From Squalus acanthias (Eukaryota), in contig CM059433.1 of NCBI GenBank assembly GCA_030390025.1, positions 94,116,001-94,180,000 of the forward strand: DNA of 64,000 nt, written 5' to 3'. The translations under genes and the position numbers were made by a program. The notes under the pieces were generated by a model, which saw only the letters and a list, made by a program, of their open reading frames with translations, was not told the origin of the DNA and did not search any database. The stretch's first letter is position 1; each line of letters begins with the position of its first letter. Shown one piece after another: positions 23,958 to 33,824 of the stretch.

Positions 23958-26900
23958 CATTATACCCTGTTCGTTCTCTTCCTTGTTTTTTTCTCGATCA
24001 CAGCATTCATTTTCTCTCTTACTCCCATTTCATTTGTTTTTTAGTATTACCAGAACTAACCGTTAAGTCTTTTGGAAGCCATGTAGTACTGATAGGAAAG
24101 CAGCTCACAACCATCGGCTCTGCACTTTGAAACATCTTTAGGATGAAAGCCCTCTACAGCCTCCTTTCTGCTTTATACTATATATTTTTATTTCGGTTTT
24201 ATGCGCCACTGGAACTTCTCCCACAGCGGTTACTTATTTTCTACAAGCTTTCATAGAGTTGCAATACAAAGCTAATTGCATCTCCATTGCAAAATAAGAG
24301 TCCCGCGATTTATCGCAAAAAAACATGCTGTCATCGCTCTGTGCATGTGTTGAACGCTGACCTCAGGTATCATTAAGGAAAGACGCCTTGCTACTTGATT
24401 TGTAATGTGCATCGCTTTAATACGGGAGCAAAGTTAAAGGATGTACAGGAATTTTCTTCAATCAGAGCCTGCAAAAAATCCTGCGCCTCCGGAAAAAGAA
24501 CAAGGATATTGATGTAAGTTTGTTATGTGCAATATAAGAAAGCACATATCATTTACCAAATATGAAAGCACTGATTACAGCCTTTTCAAAAGAAAGCAGA
24601 AGTGAAGCTGTCTAGTAGTCTTGCCACTTTAAATCATTGGTTTTAAATTAATTATTAGCTGAACCCTCCCGTAATTGACTGACATTGTCAATAGTGACAT
24701 CTTCACCGACTTGGATCTAAGTCCCAGACCCGACAATAGATCTAAAAGAAATCATTTTGCTCAAAGCATTTCATTCGGTTAGTCGACGCTCAACGCTTTC
24801 ATTCTAGTACTGAAGTCAAACCCGATTTGTTTATTTAAATCATTTGCTGTGTTTATTTTTGCCCATTGGCCTAAAGGAAAGCCGCATCACCGGCCTCCTC
24901 CACTCAGTTAGTCCCGCTGTACTGGACTTTTATTTTGGCTGACGCTCGCCCACTTTCAGAGAGTTTAAAAGAAGCCTTCAGATGTGCGAGGACACCCAAA
25001 CACAGCTTTAGTGTGAGCTTTGTTATTTCATTTCTGCGCCTCACTATAGCAACGCCGAGCGTCTCGGCAAAAATGCACCTTCTCGGGACAATGGGACATC
25101 CTGCCGGAGCCCAGAAAGAGACGCATCTGTTACATTTACTTCTCAAATTGCTGCATCATCCAGCACGGGGAAACGGGCGAACTTCAGCGCACTTTTCTGA
25201 CTCATAAGAAAGATCCAGAAAACATGCTCCACATAGCTTATACAAATAAACATGCATTCAGAAAAGAGTCAGTGTAACTATTGAATGAATTGGTGTCGTA
25301 TTATGCTGAGGGTTACAATCTAAAGCCTCTCTAAAACCGATGCAGTGTATCACGGGGATTGGGGGGGGAGTTATCTTGGGAGTTTTGAAGATCATTAAAA
25401 GTTCACTGAGTAAATGACCGTGCTGCAGACAATGTACGGTAGTTTTAATAAGAAGATCCCAAAGCAAACGGCGCTCGCTCTGTACGGGGCACTGGGTCAA
25501 CGCGAACAGGGAAACAGGCTCGCTGTCTGCAAAGGACACAGATTTCGTTGAGAAGAAAGACGTGACCCTGTTTGAAAGTCTAAACAGAAATGCAGCTCCA
25601 TCTTCTGCCAGTGCAAACTTCTGGGAAGAATGACATCATCAGTGAAAAGGCAAAGCCCGCCTCACAAGTGGGGCATTGACCAGATTCTGCTCTCCATTCA
25701 GAATAGATAGGTGGGATGTGAAAGTGATTGAGTCGTGTTTTATGGCTTAAAGGCGGAGAAAAAAAGTTCTTTTAATTGGCGAACACTACTGTCTGTGGGT
25801 TCCATTAGAAAACTGGATTTCAAAGAAAGCTTCACTTAAAAAAAAATCTGATTTAATTAACAATGCGTTAAACCCTTGTGCGGAGTAAAACGGGCAGGAT
25901 GCGGGATAAAGCGGGCACTGCACACAGCCGTTCAAAACAATCATTACATAAGCGCAAAATGCCAAGTTGGCAGCTCACTGTCAGAACTTAAACGCTCTTC
26001 TTAATTTGTCCTTCTTCAGTTTGGCATTTCATTAGATTGTCTTTCTTCTTTCCACGAGGCAGGCGGTGAGGGAGGGGAGATGTAAGTAACTAGTGTTTGT
26101 ATTCATTAATTAATAGGATGGATGTACCTGACTTGTACAATAGATAAGATACTACAGGAGGAGCATTCCAACTACTGGTTCGAATAGAAATGGGAGTGGC
26201 ATGAACACGTCCTGGTCCATTTTTCTTGGGAGTCCAATTGGTGCAAGTCTAACAAATATGAGCCTCGCTGAACACTTCCGGTTCAGTGTTGAAAGCATCT
26301 CTCTGGCTGTGATGTAAGTGAAAGTGACTAGACTGCAAATACTGTTTCCAAAGCAGCGTCTGTCAACAACGCACCCAACCCGTGGGTTTAGGAGGCAGCT
26401 ACATCTATACGTAGACACAGCTAAGTGGACGGATAGAAACGGATAGGCAGACAGATAGCATAGAGACGGACATAAACTTTATTAAAATGCACCAAATAAA
26501 TAAGTGTTGAAACGAAATGTCTCAGTGTTGTCGGTCGCTTTGCGAAAGGTTTGTACAGCACAGGCGAGGGAACTAATACAGCATTTTTCAACCAGGCAGC
26601 CAATATGAAACCGATCAATTTTTAAAGCTGTTATACTCTGCATGGGTAGATAGGTAATATATACCTAGATTATATCGATATACAGATAGAAAGATAGAAC
26701 CATGGAAAGCTAACGATAACAAAGGAAAATAAATATGATACAAGTTTCTTGTTGTGTTCCAAAACCCATATAAGGTGTTACACAATACAAACTGCAAGTA
26801 AAATCTGCATTATTGTAGTCGAGAAAAAATGATCACAAATAAAGTAAATGCATTAATTTTAAAGATGATCAAAACCTGCTAAACGGTTGCCCGAAGAAAT

Positions 26901-28566
26901 AATCTTTTTATGATTTTTCTGTTCACTTTCAATTGCCTGCGGATGTATCTAAACGAGGACAGAAGGCTCTTAAATAAACCAGCTGAGAAACTTCCTGCAT
27001 CGGAAAGAAGGCTACATCACAGATCTTTGTGCAGTTCAAAGGTTTGGGGCCCTTTTAAAACCCCCGTCACGTCACAGTTAGTAGCTCTTGTATTTGAACA
27101 GCTGCTCGGGGGCTGAACTGAAGCAAACACAGCAAAGTCTGGCTCTGAAACTGCACTGGCTGCAACGCCTTGCAACCTGCTCTTCCAGAGACCGAGCCCT
27201 CACTCAACAGCTTTAATACGTCCAGAGAGCCCGAGGAATGGGATATCATAAGGGGCTGCACGTGCGCCTGTCATATCCATATGCATATATTGGCACTTGG
27301 ACCTCAAATACCCAAAACAAACACAAATATGGGCAGTATGTAAGCATGTACACAGCACACACGTACACACACATGTAGATGCAATATATAAATATGGGTA
27401 AAATACACTGATACGCAAATGAAAGGTTTTGTATAAGCGAACACATATTTTTAGACATACATATTACACATATTCAAACCACATTTACACCAGAATTGAG
27501 GATATTGTCTTTTTTACATGGGTCCAGATTGTAACTGACTCAGTATGATTTCAAAGTGTGGTTTGGCCTCAGACTCGCTGACAGCTTCTGAATCTTTGCT
27601 ATGTCTTTGTTATGAATGGAAGTGCCGATTCCTGAAGAAACACTATTCGATGCACTTCTGCTGTCCCGGCTTCACTGGAGCCGCTGCAGTGGCCACTTCC
27701 ACTTTTTCCCGTTACTTGAAGCACCATCATACAATACTTGCAAAAGGATGCTTGTGCTACTGCATGTGTTGGACATGTGGCCGCAAAGGGCGCTGTGTCC
27801 AGTTTCAGAACAATATAACCTGACCAGTACACCTTACACTTTACTTACCAGCACGTCGTCTATTGACCTCAGGAGTCGGACAGCATGCATTGGACTGTGG
27901 GCGCTGCATCTATTCTTCCTGTTATACTGCAGCCGACACAATGCCAGCCTGGTGCTAAGCCCTCACTTAGGATAGGCTCAGTTAAAAGTGACAGAGTCGG
28001 GAGCTGGAACGAATTGGCAGATGTATACAAGGATTTTTATGCACCTTTGCAAATAAATTGTGTTAGTTAGCAGGAATATCCCACTAGAACAAACTCATTA
28101 GTCTTTGATTTAGGTTTAGTCTCAGGTCAGGTTTAGATTCAGACTCGGGCCCATTGGCTGAGAGCTGAACACTGCGGCTCACAACCCAAGTTAATGTGTG
28201 GTCCCTGAAATTCGCTTCACTGTGAGGAGATCTGTGCAGACAGCGCTCCACTCACAGCAAACTCGCAAAATATTTTAAAACGAGATTTATGAAGTATCCA
28301 GGCATTTTAAACTGGACTGTACACGGCACTAAAGTTATTCCGTGTAGTTCCAAACCCAAGCGCTGTCAAGCAACCTACTCGACCGGTCTCACCTTCCTGC
28401 ATTGTGCCGTCAGCTTGGAACCTGACAACAGACTAAACCTGCCAGATGCGAGCCTCTGAAAAGTGGAAACAACTTTGCAGTGATGTGAAAATGGTAATAT
28501 AATTACATCCTTAGGTACAAACTCAGGTTTAATCTGAGACTCACTAATAGACTCAGGTTCAGTCTC

Positions 28567-29830
28567 AACAACAACTTGCATTTATATAGCGCCTTCAACG
28601 TAGTGACACGTCCTATGGAGCTTCACAGGAGCGTTGTCAAACAAAATTTGAAACCAAGCCACGTAATGAGATGTTAGGGCAGATGACCAAAAGCTTAGTC
28701 AAAGAGTAAGGTTGTAAGAAGCATCTTAAAGGAAAGAGAGGTAGAGGGGTGGAGAGGTTTAGAGAGGACATTTCAGAGTTTAGGGCCTTGGCAGCTGAAG
28801 GCACGGCCACCAATGGTGGAGTGATTAAAATCGTTTTTTTTAATATTCATGGAATGTGGGCGTCGCTGTCAAGGTCGGCATTTATTGCTGATCCCTAATT
28901 GCCCTTGAGAAGGCGGTGGTGAGCCGTCTTCTTGAACCGCTGCAGTCCGTCTTCTTTGCAGTGGTTTGGTGCAACTGAGTGGCTTGTTAGGCCATTTCAG
29001 AGGATAGTTAAGAGTCAACCACATTGCTGTGGGTCTGGAGTCACATATAGGCCAGACGAGGCAAGGACAGCAGATTTCCTTCCCTACAGGACATTAGTGA
29101 ACCAGATGGGTTTTTACGAAAATCTGGTAGTTTCATGGTCACCATTTTTATTCCAAGAGGATGCTCAAGAGGCCTGAATTAGAGGAGCACAGATATCTCA
29201 GAGCCTTGTGGGGCTGGAGGAGATTACAGAGATAGGGAGTGGTGAGGCCATGGAGGGATTTGAAAATAAGGATTTTAAAATCGAGGCATTGCTTAACCAG
29301 GAGCCAACGTAGGTCAGCAAACACAGGGGTGACGGGCGAATGGGATTTGGTGCGAGTTAGGACACGGGCAGCCGAGTTTTGGATCACCTCAAGTTTACGT
29401 AGGGTAGAACGTGGGAGGCCGGCCAGGAGTGCATTGGAATAATCAAGTTTAGAGGTAACAAAGGCATGGATGAGGGTTTCAGCGGCAGATGAGCAGAGGC
29501 AAGGGCAGAGACGGGCGATGTTCCAGAGGTGGAAATAGGTGGTCTTAGTGATAGCGTGAATATGTGGTCGGAAGCTGATCTCAGGGTCAAATATGGCAAC
29601 AAGTTTGCGAACAGTCTGATTCGGCCTCAGACAGAGACTAGGGATAGGGATGGAGTCGGTGGCTAGGGAATGGAGTTTGTGGCACGGACCGAAGATAATG
29701 GCTTTGGTTTTCCCAATATTTATTTGGAGGAAATTTCTGCTCATCCAGTACTGGATGTCGGAGGGTTCGAGAGAGGTGGTGGTGAGGTAGAGCTGGGTGG
29801 CGTCAGCGTACATGTGGAAACTGGCACTGT
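28567..29830 (-). mobile_element. L2 LINE 3' fragment, interrupted by a SINE at ~28833-29156
   Basis: ORF 29148-29876 with HMYADATQLYL...WMSRNFLQINIGKT...AETLIHAFVTSKLDYSNALLAGLP...IQNSAARVL; tail acaacaacttgcatttatatagcgcc at 28567. Confidence 0.88.
28833..29156 (-). mobile_element. SINE-like insertion carrying the 3' tail of the 10188/52210 LINE family
   Basis: Begins with a T-run and the LINE-type tail (ggcatttattgctgatccctaattgcccttgagaagg). The L2 resumes seamlessly afterwards (ttaaaatcg|gaggatgctcaagagg). Confidence 0.6.
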
Positions 29831-29999
29831 GATTTCTCAGCCGCACTATCAGGCTCAGGTTCAGTCTCAGAATCATTATCAGGCTCAGCTTTTGTCTCAG
29901 ACGCTATCACCATTGTTTGAGACCCGGGTTCCGACTTCGTATTGGACTGAGTCAGTACAGTTGGAGAATGCGTTCTGACTCTCCAAGGTCTATATTCTC

Positions 30000-32460
30000 T
30001 GCACTAGTATTGTAAATGTGCTGTTTATATCTTCCAATGTGAAAATTGCTTCCAGATTTTGCACTGTAAAGGGCTCCATGGAAAATAAAATCTCCTTGCT
30101 GTCAGCAGATCGGTGGCTCACTGCTGTCATCATCTTTGTCTTCATTGCTGTCAACTGTACCTATGGTTGCAGAAGTTTTAGATGGGTTCACAATATTCAT
30201 GATTTGGTAATCTATTAGCAGCTCCTCACATGGTACACATGTCATTGTTAGAGTTTCCATAGCAACAAATGAGACCTGCCACTTGAATTTTGATGTCATT
30301 GGTCCATTCTTCTCTTGGTATTTGATTTGGTGGCAATGTTAGGTGTTGTGTCAACAGTTAGCAATAGTTTCAATCTCATTTCATTAAATGCAGCACAGAT
30401 GAAGAATAGAGCTTGTTTTATATTCAAACTAGGTATGAGAACATGCACTCCAGGGATTATAGGGATGCAGATAGATAACCAGCTTCTACTGAAGCTCCAC
30501 ATCTTCAACCAGTAGAACGACCAATCAATAGTGTGTATCCATGATGTTGTCAGAAGGACGGCGGGAATGTATTCACATTTTATATGAGTTGTGCTGCTCA
30601 CTGTGTTGCTTGCAAGAAGCTCCTAGCACCTCCTGTGCACCCAATGAAGACTCCAATCTATGGTTGTCAATTGTCTAATGACCAGCTAATGATTATCCTC
30701 CTTGGGGAGTAGAGAGCTATGTGAGGTCTCTTTGGTGTTGAGATGGCTCTAAGATGATATGCCAGATTTTGGAAGCTCAGAACCAAGTAGACACTCCCTG
30801 GCAGACTTAGTAATATGATATTAGAAACACTAGGTTAGTACTCTAAAGTACTGCTGATGGTTGCCTATCCTGGGTAATTAATGGTACCTGAAGGAGGAGA
30901 CCCTCCTCTGGGGTCTGTTATTCTTCCTACTCAACTCCAAATAATCCTGCAGACCAAAGCCCTAATTAGAAAGGTGGTCCTAACTGCACAAGCAGATTAC
31001 CAGTGACCTATTCTGGTGGTCTCGGAGACTTGGCTTTGTCAACCTGCACCTAAACTCTCTGGATTTGGGTAAGTGAGACTGGTATGCATTCTATATTTGG
31101 TAGACAGACCGACACCTGGGAATCCCTGGCCCAAGACCGCACAAAGTGGAGGAGAAGCATCCGGGAAGGCGCCGAACACCTCGAGTCTCTTCGCCGGGAG
31201 CAAGCGGAAGCCAAGCGCAGGCAGCGCAAGGAGCGCACGTCAACCCAAGCACCCCACCCACCTGCCCCTTCAACCACCGTCTGTCCCACCTGTGACAGAG
31301 ACTGTAGGTCCCGCATTGGGCTCATCAGTCACCTGAGAACTCATTTTTAGTGTGGAAGTAAGTCATCCTCGGTTCCGAGGGACTGCCTAAGAAGAGGAGA
31401 GGCAGACAGAACGTCTACAGGTGGGTGTAGATTTCTAAGAAGCTTGAATTGGATCATCCTGAACATGTTGATTGGTGCCTGAGGTGCAGAAACCCATCTA
31501 TCCAAAACAAACACGTGCACATTCCGATGTTGAAATGATCCCAACATTCTATGGGCTAGTTGTGGTCACTCATTGAGTATCAAGAAGTATAGGTAAATAT
31601 GCCAGTGAGGTGTTCACATAACTGACTATGTTGTCCAAAACCAAGATTAAATGTTTAATCTCAATGTGCATATTTCAGTTGAGACCTTGCACCAATTCTC
31701 TAAAGACCATTCACGCCTTATTGTTTGCATACCTTTTCGATGATGCTGTTTGGATCAAAAGCTTTGAATCAACGTAGGCAAGCATACGTTTAAATCACCT
31801 CCTCTGTCGCTATAGAATTGGTAACAACATGACAATCAATTCATTTTTACATTTCTTTCTTTATACGCATTTGGTTCCTTCAAGAAAAACATCTCTCTCG
31901 CCACATAAAGGCTGATAGCGTCACATTCCACGAGAATCTCACGAAGATGTGCGCATGTCTCAGCAACATAGGTTGAATTTGCAGATGGGAATTCTTCATG
32001 TATCTTGCAGTTCTTGATTCCATATTGGGTCCTGATTATCCTTGTGAAAGGAAAGATTCTGCATTCTCAGTTCTCTCCCAGAACTTTGACCAGTGAATGC
32101 CGCACTTCGCTAACTGTGAAGCTACAGCTTCACACTCGTAAAGAGTTTCTGCAGATCTTCCCATTTAGGGCGATAATCTTATGTTCCTGTCAGCAGAGTT
32201 CAGTCACCTTGAACTTTCTCTGAGAATATTAGAGACCATTGAGCTGCCAATCTGGATTTAAAATCTCGATTCTGCAAATGTAGACAGTTTGGCCTGTGTC
32301 ATCGAGGGAGTTTTTCTCCCTTCTGGTAGATGCATTTGCAGCGATCTCGAGGTGCCTTCTTTTTTCATCGTCAGATATCTTGGCTTTCAAGAGATGTCAG
32401 TTCGTCAAGCGAAAGAAGATATTTTTTGTAACCAAACGGGATTGATCCCAACATTAGTGT
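30000..32460 (-). pseudogene. Candidate endogenous viral element: decayed orthomyxovirus-like (Articulavirales) nucleoprotein gene, split by an RTE insertion
   Basis: Minus-strand hand translation through stops and frameshifts gives colinear NP-like motifs: KIIALNGK (32180-32157), IFPFTRIIRTQYGIK (32057-32013), HLREILVECDAISL (31949-31908), KRMLAYVDSKLLIQTASSKR (31791-31732), EIKHLIL (31662-31642), YLP, INMFRMIQ (31472-31449), LWSAGLFGVE*EE* (30959-30918), and acidic DSNEDKDDDSSE near the 3' end. Comparison is by eye against remembered influenza/ISAV NP sequences. Confidence 0.5.
31109..31400 (+). mobile_element. RTE (BovB-like) LINE 3' end
   Basis: DTWESLAQDRTKWRRSIREG...CPTCDRDCRSRIGLISHLRTH (C-terminal C2H2 finger), gaagaggaga tail, 10-bp TSD ggtagacaga (31099-31108) / ggcagacaga (31401-31410). 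Confidence 0.9.
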
Positions 32461-33139
32461 AATGGAATCTGAGTAGAGGATTTCCGGATTAACAAAATAC
32501 ACTGCAGCAAATCATTCTCCGACTAGCAATCAGATAATCTAGGCTCTAGATTAAAGTTCCAGATTGAACAGAGTAGACTGCATTAGGCCAAGGCTCGATA
32601 TCATACTCTTTAACAGCCTCAGTTTCAGGTGCAGACTCAGTTTTGGATCTAATATCAGTCTTGGTCTGGGACTAAATCTTGGTCTCAAGTTCAGACCAAG
32701 TTTTGGTCTCAGGCTCGGTCTCAGATTCACTATCAGACTTAGGTTGCTATTATATTACTGCCTTTATACTCAGATCATTATCTGTATGGTGTGATGCACA
32801 GCTGCAGTCCCGAGTTAGTGACGGCTGCACCACACACTGAGTTCAGCAACAAAGAAGCGCTGCATATATATGCTTGGACACACGCACAGAGCTCTGCTCT
32901 GCAGGCAGCTAATTCTGTATGTTAAAAGAAAGCAAATAGAAGCACCATCTCACTACTTAACATTAAAAAGATTCCACACGAGGTTTAATAAGTTCCCAGG
33001 TAGTCAAACAGACTGCTTGGAATTGTTTTACAAAGCCCACTGCGAAGCCCAAATGCTGTGAGATTACAGGTGCTCTCACACCTTCCAGCTTCAGAGCATT
33101 CAAGGGGACATATTATCAACCTAACTCCCTAGTTATACT

Positions 33140-33824
33140 AGGTGAAACAGCGATTTACTTGTACTTCTTGCAATTTAGTATACTGTATTCGCTGCTCACG
33201 ATGTGGTCTCCTCTACATTGGGGAGACCAAACGCAGATTGGGTAACCGCTTTGCGGAACACCTTCGTTTAGTCCGTAAGTGTGACCCCGAGCTTCCGGTC
33301 ACCTGTCACTTTAATTCTCCGCTCCACTCCTATTCTGACCTCTCGGTCCTCGGCCTCCTACACTGTTCCAATAAAGCTCAATGTAAGCTGGAGGAACAGC
33401 ACCTCATCTTTCGATTAGGCACTTTACAGCCTTCTGGACTCAACATTGAGTTCAACAATTTCAGACCATAACCTCGGCCCCTATTTTTTCACATGGCAGC
33501 CTTTGATGATTCTGCCATTCCCATTTACACCACTTCTAGACCCATCTTTTGTTTCTTTACTTGTCTCCTTACCATCTCTTTTTGCTTTGTACAATCATAC
33601 CTTTTGTCATTTAATCTCTTCTGCCTTCCATCCTATCACAGACCTTCCCTTTTGTTCTTTTCTCCCCTCCCCCCTTTCCCTGCCCCTGCACTTGCTAAAA
33701 ATCTGTTACATCTCGAATTTTTTCCAGTTCTGACGAAAGGTCATCGACCTGAAACGTTAACTCGGTTTCTCGCTCCACAGATGCTGCCTGACCTGCTGAA
33801 TGTTTCCAGCATTTTCTGTTTTTA
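33140..33824 (+). mobile_element. Penelope-like retroelement 3' fragment, second family (GIY-YIG plus terminal repeat with hammerhead motif)
   Basis: ORF 33142-33471 FTCTSCNLVYCIRCSRCGLLYIGETKRRLGNRFAEH...LEEQHLIFRLGTLQPSGLNIEF; 14-bp TSD tccctagttatact at 33126-33139 and 33825-33838; hammerhead at 33726-33762. Confidence 0.9.

Noticed and set aside
30006-30020. agtattgtaaatgtg as an orthomyxovirus segment terminus at the edge of the candidate EVE
   Set aside because: Only the first 4 nt resemble AGTAGAAAC-type termini, and no complementary terminus was found at the other end
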